Positions 1-13,014 of a stretch of 64,000 nucleotides of DNA are shown piece by piece; the first letter of the stretch is position 1, and the number at the start of each line of letters is the position of its first letter. The translations under genes and the position numbers were made by a program. The notes under the pieces are model-generated. The model made no database searches. It worked only from the letters and a program-made list of their open reading frames with translations, and was not told the origin of the DNA. Source of the DNA: Octopus vulgaris (Eukaryota); NCBI GenBank assembly GCA_951406725.2, contig OX597814.1, forward strand, positions 208,692,001 to 208,756,000, given 5' to 3'.

Positions 1-1370
1 ACTAAGCATGGAAACATGAACATTAAAATGATGATGACAATGATGATGATGATGAAGGCATTAGCTACTATTCAGAAAGGATTGGTGCAAAATTCTATTA
101 GAGTAATTAGTAGCTTGTGTATTTTTGATAGTTTATTGTTATCAGCATTTCCCCTTACCACAGCCATGCTGTCTGATAGTTGACGAAATGGCATTCCTCC
201 AAGACCAATACTAAGGAGGTGATCATATGTTATGGAATAATTGCAAAAATATAAATGAAAATTACTGTATTATAAAGAGTGCTTGGTAAGATTGCCAGAA
301 AGACTGAACTAATTTTTCTGGCATTGCTGTTCATCTAACTTTTGGTGACTTAAATGTTGTTGGTAACTCATAACTTATCTCATATTTTCTCCATAAAATT
401 TTGCTGTTTAGCCCCAGGTCAGTTCCGGCTGAAAAGATCTAAAATCTAAGACATTCCAGTTGTGACAATCTTGTCTTTTTCCAAGATACTGCACCCAAAA
501 TCATTGTCCAACATGTGCTTTTCTCAGACAGTGGGGAGTGATCCAAAGGAAATGCAGCTGCTATTTCTAGCAACACCTTTATTTCTTTATAAATATTGTC
601 AACTACAGACATCTGACCTGAATTAATGCCAAAGAATACATATATAATATGGCTATAAATACATACATACATACATTCAGTGCCCTACGAAGTGTATTCT
701 TTGGGATTGAAGAGATATTCATATTTTACTTATTATACTGACCTATAAAGAAAGCAAAACCAACTTCCTGCCCTGACATGGCTTAAAATCAGAACAAAGA
801 AATCACTACCAGGTGAGATGCAACAAAATATTTAAGTTAATCTTAATCATCAAATTAATCCTATACCATTCAAAAAAAAATTCTTGAAATATTCTTTAAA
901 CCTTCAACCACATCTAACAAATACTATATTACCTATCTATGATTCCTTCACTAGAAACAATCAAATAGGACATTTAAATGAGCAGAATGTATATATAATT
1001 TATCAAAATGAGAACACTCTTTCAGATAATAATCCATATGGCTCCAGTGACCAAAACTAACACAAAAGCCCTTTTAGAAAGCTTATAAAAGGATATATGA
1101 TTATCAGATTAATCTTAACTTCAGATTTAGTGCAAATAAGTTATTGTATGAATCAAATATAAATGGATTTTAAAGAGTCTTCTGACAGTTTATTTTTATT
1201 TATCTTCTTTTTTTTTAATTCTATTTTGTGACCAGATTTAGTCATTTTGATGGTCGAAATCAGCTTGACTAAATTCTATTTAACTTGGTAGGTATTTCTT
1301 CATCCTGATTTCAAACCTTCATAAGATGACAGCTTTATCTTTCAGCTGTCCAGAGAGCTATAGACACAAA

Positions 1371-1770
1371 GGAGTGGCTGTGTGATAAGTAGCTTGCTAA
1401 CCAACCACATGGTTCCGGGTTCAGTCCCACTGCGTGGCATCTTGGGCAAGTGTCTTCTGCTATAGTCCCAGGCCGACCAATGCCTTGTGAGTGGATTTGG
1501 TAGACGGAAACTGAAAGAAGCCTGTCATATATATGTATATATATATATATATATGTATGTGTGTGCTTGTGTGTCTGTTTGTCCCCCTAGCATTGCTTGA
1601 CAACCGATGCTGGTGTGTTTACGTCCCCGTCACTTAGCGGTTCAGCAAAAGAGACCGATAGAATAAGTACTGGGCTTACAAAGAATAAGTCCCGGGGTCG
1701 ATTTGCTCGACTAAAGGTGGTGCTCCAGCATGGCCACAGTCAAATGACTGAAACAAGTAAAAGAGTAAAG
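1371..1770 (+). mobile_element. tRNA-derived SINE, family A
   Basis: tRNA-like head (GTGGCTGTGTG...GGGTTCAGTCCC), internal (TA)n(TG)n, 3' hairpin CAGTCAAATGACTG and AAAAGAGT tail; more than 15 copies in the window. Confidence 0.9.
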
Positions 1771-3090
1771 ATGTAAATTGTAAATGTCTCCTGAATGCTG
1801 AAGGCGTTTAAGAGCCATGCTTTGCTCTGGTTTTAAATCAAACAAATCCCTCCACTGGGTAGCATGCTTGTCAACCTCGAGTATTAATCCAATATGATCT
1901 GTTGCTAAATTCTGGCAGTTCAAATAAGTATTAGCAACATAGTAGAAACAGACTGACTACAAACCTTCTTGACAAAAATTTATCTTGTATGAGGTCTAAA
2001 GACAAATATAATTCCCTACTGGTAGCCAGTGTTTGTAACAAAAAGTTCAAAACTGAAATGCAAACTTGGACAAGGTAAACTGTGGCATCAGATATGAGGG
2101 AAACATGCTGTATACAATGTGAAGTATATACATACATTCCCCAACTACACCACACAAAAAAGAAAACCAACTTCTTTTGCTCTTTTTTTTCCCTTTCCTA
2201 TGGTAAAGAGACAGTACATAGTTAACACGAACTGGTTTAAACATGTACTGATTTGATTAATGTTGGACAAATGATCCTGACAGTGATAATGGTGCAACTG
2301 AGACTCTCACCATAAAGCAAAGAACAAACTATCATAAACCATTATGTCTAGTTTTCCGTTCTCTCTGTCACCTCTATAACCTTAATGATATACATAAATA
2401 CATTCATTTATTCTGAGCACATGTTCAATAAACAGTGTCAGCTTACACTATTTACTGTATAAGTAACTATGCTATTAACAAGAGAAGGGGGAAAAAATAG
2501 CCATGGAGTACTGCACAAAAACCTAATTAAGTTATTACACTAATCACTTAGCGTTTATTTTCAATACATACCTACATATATGTCATCTTTGTGTGACAGT
2601 ACTGATAAAAACTATGCTTAAGTAAGGTGTGATAAGGATAAAACAGGTCTTGAGTTATCATCATCACATCAAGATCAGATTACTTCCCACTGGACTGCTC
2701 ATATAATATTTTTAATTCATTTAAATCAATTAAAATGTCAGTGTTGTCTCCATAGCCTTTTTTAATCAAAATTAATCATTAATTAAATGACTTGACTCAT
2801 TATATATTGAGTACTGTCCTCACAAACTCATTCTTGCACATCACCATCATTTTACATCTATGTACCATGCTAGCATAGATTGAGGAGTTCAACAGGATTC
2901 AATGGCCCAAGGACTACGCTGTACTCCAATGTCTTCTTTGGCATGGTTTTTATGGTTGAATGCCCTTTCTAACACTAACCACTTTAACAGTGTGTAGTGG
3001 GTGCTTTTCTTGTGCCACCAGTGCTGGTGAGGTCACCATACGGCTCACAAGACTACGAAACAAGTGGAAGGGGGATGCACTGCTTTTTTA

Positions 3091-3656
3091 TTGGGTTGAC
3101 TGGAAAGTTCGCGCCGATTTATAGTAGCTTACCTTTCGACTTATTTCAAAACACGGTTGAGTCCATAAAATAGGATTTGTCTACACCTCCATTTAGAGCA
3201 CAGTTTAAGCTATCTTTTCGTGGAAGAAGGTTTATATTCCTATAACCTGTGATAATTCTGTAACCCTTTAAAATGGAAGATAAGAAAGTTCATTTTCAGC
3301 ATTTGATGTTTTGGGAACCAGACAAAAATTGCTGCAGCTTGGCTGGGATATGTTACCCCACGCTCCATATTCACCAGATATTGCTCCTTCAGATTTCCAC
3401 TTATTCAGGTTTCTGCAGAATAGTCTTAATGGTAAAAATTTCAATTCATTCGATGATGTAAAAAGATTCCTTGATGAATTCTTTGCCATGAAACTACCTC
3501 AGTTCTGGGAAGAGGGTATTTTCAAGTTTAAGGAAAGATGGAGATGCATTGTGCAACAAAATGGCTCATATTTGGTTGATAAAAAATGTAATGGCAAGTA
3601 TTTATTGACCTTTTTCTTTCCTTTAAAAATCGGCACAAACTTTCCGGACAAGCCAA
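3091..3656 (+). mobile_element. Internally deleted mariner transposon
   Basis: TA on both flanks; ~30-bp imperfect TIRs (TTGGGTTGACTGGAAAGTTCGCGCCGATTT); N-terminus MEDKKVHFQHLMFWE joined out of frame to a C-terminus with the mariner motif PHAPYSPDIAPSDFHLF. Confidence 0.93.
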
Positions 3657-4652
3657 TAGTTGTAGAGGAGCTACATTGCTACACACATTTAGAAGAGAGA
3701 GTGAGAATGATTCAGTAGTAACTGGTTCTACACACTTCAAATATAAACTTTACCAATGAACTGCCATTTTATAATGTTGTTATTGACTCGCATAAAGTAA
3801 TCCAACTCTTTTTTTAATGCATTCAGCCTTAGGCAGAAGAATAACTCAAGGATCTCACTGCTGCATTAATTTCTCTATCACAGAAAAGATAGCTCCTTTC
3901 ATTCACTCCATTCCAGTGCAAAGCTGCACAAATTATAGAGACACAAATTTAAGAATACTGCAATTACAACCTCCATTAAACTTCACTAAAGCAGAAAGAC
4001 TTAATGACAGCAGCCATAAACACACTTCAAATGTACAACTAGTAGATGTTACATATCAGCGATCAATCTTACAACACAGATAAAAGACCAGGTGCTTGCA
4101 ACTGCTGTTGAAAATGACACATTAAGATCAACCATCAGATAGTCTTACATAATACATAATGCATACCAATTCAATAAAAAAAAAATTAACAAACAAGGAT
4201 AAATAATAGCAAAAATATATAGAGCAGAAGTAGACATACTGAAAACGGCTTCATGTTTTCTTTGAGAAAACTTAATGCCCTACTAACAAGAGAATCAGTA
4301 ATTCATATAAAACCAATATCTCTGAACTGTGCTCTGTAGCCAAAGCACTTAAATTTCAATAGCACGGTTCACTCAGCTGTGCTATATAATTCGCTAATGT
4401 TGGTAATAAGAAAACTGCATAACTGATGAGTGTTTTGTTAGGTCATTTGTTATGTCAAATATTTTTCTAAGTAAAGCCTGTAATAAGAGTGGTCTCTCGT
4501 AAGCGCATAATGAAACCCTTGAGTAAGGGTAGTAGTTAACAAGAAAAATATAGTTAAAGAAGAAAAAAAAATACTAATCTTTAAACTCAGTGGAAATTAA
4601 CTGAGTTATCTGCTCTTAATCATGAGAACAAAAATGGATCACCATAGTTATA

Positions 4653-5033
4653 GGAGCACTCCGTCGGTTACGACAATGAGGGTCCCAGCTGATACGATCA
4701 ACGGAACAGCTTGCTCGTGGAATTAACGTGCAAGTGGCTGAGCATTCCACAGACACGTGTACCCTTAACGTAGTTCTCGAGGAGATTCAGCGTGACACAG
4801 AGAGTGACAAGGCCGGCTCCTTGAAATACAGGTACAACAGAAACAGGAAGAAAGAGTGAGAGAAAGTTGTGGTGAAAGAGTACAGCAGGGATCACCACCA
4901 CCACCTGCAGGAGCCCTGTGAAGCTTTAGGTGTTTTCGCTCAATAAACACTCACAATGCCCAGTCTGGGAATCGAAACCGAGATCCTACGACCACGAGTC
5001 TGCTGCCCTAACCACTGGGCCATTGCGCCTCCA
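4653..5033 (-). mobile_element. tRNA(Arg)-like SINE, family C
   Basis: Minus-strand head GGCGCAATGGCCCAGTGGTTAGGGCAG...GGTTTCGATTCCC; TSD CACCATAGTTA; matches 51656-52038. Confidence 0.88.
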
Positions 5034-6332
5034 CCACCATAGTTAGGACTCCTACATAAGGAAGAATAAGCTCATAGGAAGATGTGTCTGGAACTGGATT
5101 TCAATTTCTTATTGAAGCCAATTCATTTCATTCATTCACAGACAGTTCAATGTTTTGAGGAAAAACATAAGCATCACACTTTTATTGTCTGCCAGTAAAA
5201 TATTTGTCTGTTACATAGAGTTACAAAATATGCTGACAAAATGACTAAACAAATATTTGTCATTTTGCTTCTTCCATTCCAGTCAACCAAATGTTAACAA
5301 ATAAAAATTAGCATTTACATAAATTTCTTTGATTCCGGACTAAAATTTCTTATTCACCAAGTAGGATGGTCATGAACAAAAACTGCCAAATATATTTCAC
5401 TACTATTTGATCTGTTTGAGATCATGCATCCCAATAACATACAGAAATGTCAGCCAAAAGTATTTGATTTACTAGAATTCATTCACAGGCATCACAAATC
5501 TGTGAATAGGTTGTATTATCATGACAGAAAACTCATTCCTACATTTCTTCATTATAATTCCTTGTCTTCAATGAGATAAATAGGAGGAGATACAAAAAGC
5601 TTTTGTTGCATGTAACTTTTAAAATTGCTAAAGGCTGCTTGGTATTTGAAAAGATAAATTAAATTCTCTCGGAGAAGTATGAAGTGAAACTGAACCATCA
5701 GTTAAATGTTAATTAAAAAGACTCACATATTGGGAGGATTGTGAAATCTAAGAGTAGCTTGAAGGCAATGTATTTGACAAAACAAGTCTATAGAGTCACA
5801 TCAGTAGCTTGAAATTGTTCAAAGCTATCGAGATTGATTTTAACTCTTTCCTCACTTCTGGTAAACATACTTTCTCCCTTTTATCATTTTACATACATTT
5901 TTTTCTTTAAATCAAGCTGGCAAAGCCGTGATAGGTTCCCCCTACCAAAATTTGGACAATTCCATATTGATGGAGCAAGTGCCTTTTCCTTTCATAAACT
6001 GGTGCCCTTATTTCAGTTCATCACTCAAATGTGAAACAGAAGTAAATATATATAATTACCCTACATAAAAGGGGAAAAAATGAGCAAGTGAAAAAAAAAA
6101 AAAAAGCAAAAATGAAATGTCAAATGACATTGTAACACATTTCGTCACCAAGTTCCAGTCATGAAGCAATAAAGAAGATTATTATCCAAACTCTGAGTAA
6201 GTTATGGGCTTCAATCAATGGTGCAATAAAAATGATCGCAAAGTTTGAACTCATCACTTTGTGATGTATTAGAGTCATGTGTGTGTGAGAGAGAGAAGAA
6301 GAAGAAAAATATAAAAGTTAAAGGATACTCAC

Positions 6333-6393
6333 AATTGGTATAAAATAGTTGTTTTACCAGCATTGTCTAATCCAACAATTATCACCTTGTGCT
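6333..6393 (-). CDS. ARL5: ADP-ribosylation factor-like 5 GTPase, internal coding exon (P-loop)
   Basis: Poly-T tract plus TACAG acceptor; GTGAGT donor; 61 nt, phase 1 to phase 2; reads (E)[19 protein letters not shown](F/L), matching vertebrate ARL5A/B as recalled; too short for the ORF track. Confidence 0.93.
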
Positions 6394-6846
6394 CTGTAAA
6401 AAAAAAAAAAATTAAATAAATGTATATTTTATTTATTTAAAGAAAACAACTTGAGGTTTCTATGTGGTCACTCAACCTACTAAAAATTTCACACAAATTA
6501 CATACTCATGTTTAAAAATAAAAGAATGCAGTGGATGATACTGATGCAATTCCAAAATTATGACAGGAAGGTCATGGGCGGAATACTTTCAATCAGAGGT
6601 ATGCTCTAACAGCACTGCAATCAACCTAAGATGAAACAATAAAAATTAAAAAATTTTTAAAACAATGATTGAATACGGAACAATTTATTCAGTGGAATAT
6701 ATCTATTTTGGGTTAAAAAAACAAACTATTTCTTCAAAATTTGAAAAGCCCAGAGGGACAAAACATTCCAAGTGACACTTTTCCACATAAATAATTTGTT
6801 TTCTAAGTATGAAGAGTTTTTTTTTTTAATTCATACTAACCATTAA

Positions 6847-7067
6847 TCCTTTAGCATTCACATTATTTTGTCAAAAGTAACGGTTATTTATTCACATCGT
6901 TTTGAATTAATCGTGCATAGCTTTGTAACTTCAAGATTTTGATGATGAAATAGTTCATTTTTAGAATCACATTTTAAGGTTGGTGTGAGGGACAAGATCT
7001 GGCCAGTTTGAGCATAAAACAGGCAGAATATTTTGGCTGGATATGGCTGGTTTTATAGGCTAATGGG
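6847..7067. mobile_element. piggyBac-type MITE family 1, diverged copy
   Basis: TTAA flanks; degenerate CCCTTTAG termini; body similar to 57471-57688. Confidence 0.75.
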
Positions 7068-7188
7068 TTAAAGCTACTACAGTTGTGTGCATGCAGCATT
7101 TAAAGAAACAAACCATCTTCAAGTACTGTCGTTCATTCATATATAATATGCATTCATGTAATAATATTCATTTTTACATTCATGCTGT

Positions 7189-7525
7189 GAAGACGCGTGG
7201 CTCAGTGGTTAGGGCGTCGAGCTTACGATCGTGAGGTTGTGAGCTCGAATCCCGGACCGGGCTGCGTGTTGTGTTCTTGAGCAAGACACTTTATTTCACG
7301 TTGCTCCAGTTCACTCAGCTGTAGAAATGAGTTGCAACGTCACAGGTGCCAAGCTGTATAGGCCTTTTGCCTTTCCCTTGGACAACATCAGTGACGTGGA
7401 GAGGGGAGGCCGGTATGCATGGGCGACTGCTGGTCTTCCATAAAACAACCTTGCCCAGATTTGTGCCTCAGAGGGTAACTCTCTAGGTGCAAACCCATGG
7501 TCAGTGTCTGACCGAAGGGGGTCAC
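7189..7525 (+). mobile_element. tRNA-derived CORE-like SINE, family D
   Basis: A box TGGCTCAGTGG, B-box-like GAGCTCGAATCC, then CORE-like TTGAGCAAGACACTTT...CTCCAGTTCACTCAGCTGTAGAAATGAG. Confidence 0.8.
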
Positions 7526-9419
7526 CACTAATATGCATCATTAATTTACAAGTAATGAAATGGACAAAAATTGGTAAAAGAATATACCGTGTGTATGACA
7601 CTGACTTCTCTTTTGGAGGGAGTTGGGGAATCTTCGAGGAAAGTGATGTCATTAAAAAGGAAACTGGCAATAGGGGATAATGTAAAAAATTGTAACTCCT
7701 AATTTCATTCATTTTTACATGCTAGCATGGGTTAGTCAAATCCATTATCAAGTTTAGTTAAATACATTATCAACCAGATTCCCTTTCCTGTTTCAAAACC
7801 TAATTTGTTTTTCAAGTAAGGGATATCTTACTTCACACATTACCAAAGATGCAAAAGAAGAAGATGCTTTGTCGACAGAAGTAACATCAGCAACATTGCT
7901 TATAACTTGCAACTCGTTAAGCTAACGAATGTAACCAAACAAATACACATGTACACACCCATATGCACACAGACATAAAAATGCATGACAGATTTTTTTT
8001 TTTCAGTTTCTGTCAACCAAATTCACTCATAAGGCTTTGAATTAACTAGATAAGTAAATATTTCAAAATAGGTGAATCATACATATTTTTTTTCCCTAAA
8101 AAAATTCTTCAGTTTTCAAAGTTTTGAACTTTAGATATTCCATGTTATTCATGGAATATCTTGTAATATCGTCATCTTGTAATATATATCTAGCTGTTTT
8201 GATCTTGTTTATTTCATGTTGTTGGACAAAAATAATTGCCATTCATAAATTTCTCTCTTGAAAAACTATCAAATGAATAATTGTATTTTTGTTTATCTTC
8301 GTTAAACAATGACATTTGGACTTTATCAGTGTTGGCTGAAAAAGTGCACCTGTTGTATGAATTAGTACACAATTGGTTTCTATTATTTATTTATTCAACA
8401 AAATCAATATGATTTTCAGGATCATATTGAATATTCTCAGTTTTACTACAGTCTGTCACAGATTTTTAAGCAAGGATTCTTGAAAATCTCTCAAACTATT
8501 TTTTTATTACACATTTCTGAATTCTTGTTTTGAATAGTACACATTTAGGAACCAGCATTTTTTTCTTTCTTTAAAAAAATACTTTATGCAATATATATAA
8601 TTTAAAATAAACATCCAAGAAAGTGACAAAAATGTGCTAACAAAAAACTATCTCTCTGTTCAAGAAATTGAAGATTTACATATATATTTAAGTTGCATGT
8701 GAATAGAAATGTTACTTGCATGGTTATTAGAACAAAAATACGATGATCTGTGGATACAAATAAATGTAATATTACCTAAAAGTTCCCAAGCTTTAGTAGG
8801 ATACAGTTTGAGATTAGTAAACAAAAATGAACCAACATTATGCGAGCAAATTGATAGCGATGATCAACTATAGACTGTTTCCAATAATTCTATGGGTTCA
8901 TTAAACTACTGTGTCTGTTCATACACCTGTATGTCCCCCCACCATGTTAGCATAGGTTAAAAAAAAAAATTCTGGAGACATTTTTACAGCCATATTCCCT
9001 TTGTGTAATTAAACTTTACCTGTTTTTCAAGTAGGGGACTTTTTATTCCACAAGACTTAGGAAGTGCTGAGCAAACAGAAAATTTGTTGACACGGTGAAG
9101 TTTAACAACAAACTTCAGAGCAAACATTTGATGACTATAAACAAAACCATTTGTACAAGTTGATCAGCAAGAAACTGCAGAACCTTCATCTGTCATCTGC
9201 TATTGGAGAGTCCAAGATTAATCAGCCGAAATTGCTAGGATGATCCGGTTCTTGACTGAAGATCGAAGGCTTCAAATGTCCCGTCCGTGTTTTTTGTATC
9301 GTCTTCTAAATGTTTTACATTCTTGTCCCAGTTTGTATTTTTCTACATATAATATATATATATATATAAACATTGGCCTCATAGAGGGGATGAGGAGACC
9401 AAGACTCCTGGTGGTTTCC

Positions 9420-9762
9420 TGTGCTTGAGAAGATATGTCAAGCTAAGTAAAATCAAGGTTGTCCTTGCATACAAGCATGTCCTCTGCATCCCTCTCTAGC
9501 TAGGTGTTCCTAATCTGGTGGGCTCAGACGTGCTGGTGCCACATAAAAAACACCTGTACCACTGCCATGTAAGCACACCTGTGTGGAGCTGCATAAAAGC
9601 ACCTGGTACACACTGTAAAGTGGTTGGCACTAGAAAAGGCATCAGGCTGTAAAAACCATGCCAAAACAGACATGAAGCCTGAGTGACACTTCAAGTGGCC
9701 AGCTCCTGTCAAACCATCCAACCCATGCCAGCATGGAAAATGGACAATAAACGATGATGATG
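9420..9762 (+). mobile_element. Old RTE LINE 3' end
   Basis: Ends CCAACCCATGCCAGCATGGAAAA...(GAT)n. Confidence 0.75.
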
Positions 9763-9787
9763 ACATACATACATACATACATATATA

Positions 9788-10048
9788 TCATCATTTAACG
9801 TCCGCTTTCCATGCTGGCATGGGTTGGACGGTGCAACTGGGGTCTGGGAAGCCAGAAGGCTGCACCAGACCCAGTCTGATCTGGCAATGTTTCTACGGCT
9901 GGATGCCCTTACTAACACCAACCACTCCATGAGTGTAGTGGGTGCTTTTTACGTGCCACTGACACAGGTGCCAGACGAGGCTGGCGAACGGCCATGGTCG
10001 GATGGTGCTTTTTACGTGCCACCGGCACGGAGGCCAGGCGAGGCTGGC

Positions 10049-10050
<2 letters not shown>
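9788..10050 (-). mobile_element. RTE LINE 3' end, 5'-truncated
   Basis: (GAT)n tail on minus strand; AAGGGCATCCAGCCGTAGAAAC block; two GGTGCTTTTTACGTGCCAC units. Confidence 0.85.
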
Positions 10051-10089
<39 letters not shown>

Positions 10090-10605
10090 ACACACACACA
10101 CACAAGTACATATGCTTATATCATCATTTTAACATCCACTTTACCATGCTTGCTTGGGTTGCATAATGTTTTCTAAGGCTGGATGTGCCTCCTGTCATAA
10201 CCTTCACTGGTTTCCAAGCAAAGAAATATTTCTTCAAGTCAGGCATGTTGTTTTAGCAACATATCGGAAATGAATGATAATGTTTGCATGACACTCATTT
10301 ACAGCTATCACTTGATGTCAAAACAAGGAGGCACAAATACAAACCCACATTCACTCACATACACGAAGGGCTTCTTTCAGTTTCCATCTGATCAAATCCA
10401 CTCCCAAGACATTGGTTGATCTGAGGATATAGTCGAAGACACTTGTGAAAAGTACTGTGCAGTGAGACTGAACCTGACTTCATGTGGTTAAGAAGCAAAC
10501 TTCTTAACCACACTATATAATCGTGCCTATATAATCACAGTATGTGTGTATATATGAGTAAATATATGTGTGAATGTATGTATAAAATGTGTGTGCGTGT
10601 ATGTA

Positions 10606-10952
10606 TCATCATCATCATCATCATCATTTAACGTCCGTTTTCCGCGCTAGCACGGGTTGAACAGTTCGACAGGGTGCTGGGAAGCCAGGGGTTGCACCAG
10701 GCTCCAGTCTGATCTGGCAGAGTTTCTACAGCTGGATGCCCTTCCTAATGCCAACCACTCCACGAGTGTAGTGGGTGCTTTTTACGTGCCACCTGCACAG
10801 GTGCCAGGGGGATCTGGCATCGGCTGCGATCGGTCGGTGCTTTTAATGTGCCACCGGCACGGATGCCAGCCAAGGCGGCACTGGCATCGGCCACGTTCGG
10901 ATGGCGCTTTTTATGTGCCACTGGCACAGAAGCCAGTTGAGGTGGCGCTGGC
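10606..10952 (-). mobile_element. RTE LINE 3' end
   Basis: Same family; three internal units; flanked by microsatellites. Confidence 0.85.
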
Positions 10953-10999
10953 ATATATATATATATATATATATAATGCATGTCTATGTGTATGTATAT

Positions 11000-11362
11000 A
11001 GGTGTGGCTGTGTGGTAAGAAGCTTGCTTCACAATCACATAGTTCCAGGTTCAGTCCCACTGCATGGTACCTTTGTCAAACCAAAGCCTTGTAAGTAAAT
11101 TTGAGAGTTGGAAATTGAAAGAAGCCCATCATATGTGTGTGTGTGTGTGTGTCTTTGTGACTGTGTTTGTCCACCACTGGTGTTGATGCGTTTATATCCC
11201 TGTAACTTAGCAGTTCAGCAAAGAGCCCAATAGAGTAAGTACCAGGTTTAACAAAAATACGTCCTGGGGTCAATTCATTTGACTAAAAAAAAATTCTTAA
11301 AGGTGGTGCCCCAGCGTGGCCACAGTCTAATGACTGATACAAGTAAAAGACAAAAGAAAAGA
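11000..11362 (+). mobile_element. SINE family A, older copy
   Basis: Diverged head, body and tail of family A. Confidence 0.8.
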
Positions 11363-12160
11363 GGTGTGTGTGTGTGTGTGTGTGTACATGCATGCGTTTT
11401 ATGAAAGCCACAAAACTGGAAGTTAGAAATGGGAGAGTGAGAACAGAAACCAGATGGGAACAACAGTTTGTATTTTTGTTTTTTTATCTCAATATTTCAG
11501 ATTTTAAAATCCTTTATTAGAAGAAAATGGGGGACAGGCTTAGTGACTGTAGACATTCTAGGGTGAAGATAATGTATGGAGGGGATAGGGAAGGTGAGAT
11601 GTTGTGCAACATGAGCAATCCCAAGTGGTGGGGGGTGAGCAAACTGTTGTTCTGCTTTTCATTTGTTTTCACCCCCCGTTTCCAACTTGCATTGGGTGGC
11701 TTTTCTAAAAGAATTTTAGAATTTTTTCACAGCAATGCTATTCTATTTCTTTAAACTTATGTAAAGAGAAACCTCAGATGGCAACGGCAATGTAGGAATG
11801 CTGCCGCCAGATACAAATGTTTTTCTTATTATTTTGTTATGAATTTTAAACTATTTTTCTTCGATTTTTCCTATGTGAATTTTAATAATATACATTAAAA
11901 AAAAAAAGAAAAACCAAGCCAGTACATATTACTTTTTTTTAATCGACTTTGTCAACGTCTTCATTTCTATAAGTGTGATGGAACCGGTAATCAAACAAAA
12001 GGCATTGTAGTATTTATATTAAGCTAAGGCTTTTCATGTCCTGACTTCAAATTTTGGCATGCTCAACTTCACCTCCCACAAAATTTAAGGCCTCGTGCAT
12101 TTGTTGGAAATAATTATTACAGGTTTCTCTTATTCTTCATCCCTTGTCTTCTGTCCAACC

Positions 12161-12392
12161 TATTTCTTTATTACCCACAAGGGGCTAAACACAGAGGGGA
12201 CAAACAAGGACAGACATAGGTATTAAGTCGATTACATCGACCCCAGTGCGTAACTGGTACTTAATTTATCGACCCCGAAAGGATGAAAGGCAAAGTCGAC
12301 CCCAGTGGAATTTGAACTCACAACGTAACGGCAGACGAAATACCGATAAGCATTTCGCCCGGCGTGCTAACGTTTCTGCCAGCTGGCCGCCT
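12161..12392 (-). mobile_element. SINE family B
   Basis: Head GGCGGCCAGCTGGCAGAAACGTTAGC...GAGTTCAAATTCC; central GTCGACTTTGCCTTTCATCCTTTCGGGGTCG; TSD TGTCCAACCT. Confidence 0.88.
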
Positions 12393-12622
12393 TTTGTCCA
12401 ACCTGTTCTTCCTTTACCTTTATTCAAAAACATCTCTCTCTCTCTCTGTGTTTTTGTTTTCTAGGCTTATCCTGTTTGAGTGAAATGGTGACTACATCAG
12501 CATGACTGCTAACTCTGCACTTTAAAAGGAATCAAAGAATAAAGGAAATCCTTCACTTAAAAAGCAGGTAAGGATTGGCAAACAAGAAAAGCAAACTGTA
12601 AAATTATATATATATATATATA

Positions 12623-13014
12623 CTAGCAGTATCGCCTGGCGTTGCTCGGGTTTGTAAGGGAAATAACTATAAAGCATTTTTAGAGAGTTATAGCCAAAAA
12701 TAGCAAAAAAATGAATTAAAAATGGGGAAAAAATGGTAATTTTTTTTTTAAATCGTTGACTCATCGTAGACATTTTTAGAGAGTTACTTCCCTTATATAA
12801 TAGCGAAAAATGCATTAAAATGGAAAAAAATGATGGTAAATTATTTTTAAAATCGTAGACTCATCGTAGACGCGCGCTAATACCCAGAAGGGCTCGATAT
12901 GAATCACAACTATAAGATACCAGGTTTTGGTTAAACTGCACTGCAAAATGTGGGAGTAGTTAGGAATCTAAATCGTAGGAGACAGACACACAACCTTACT
13001 TTTATATATAAAGA
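12623..13014 (-). mobile_element. Non-autonomous Helitron
   Basis: Minus strand reads A|TC...CTAG|T; subterminal hairpin before CTAG; no TSD. Confidence 0.85.

Noticed and set aside
1711-1923. 70-aa ORF with protein-like composition
   Set aside because: No recognisable motif or good splice sites; it ends in a SINE tail.
7311-7712. ORF starting MNEI as possible ARL5 exon 3
   Set aside because: It lies upstream of the P-loop exon, similarity ends after MNE, and half of it is antisense SINE.
8776-8825. G|GTAAT donor with an open frame as ARL5 exon 1
   Set aside because: No ATG at the expected distance and no similarity to the ARL5 N-terminus.
9195-9350. Possible further hammerhead (CTGAAGA..., CAGCCGAAA)
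   Set aside because: It looks like a Penelope-type remnant, but I could not build consistent stems with core and GAAA in the right order.
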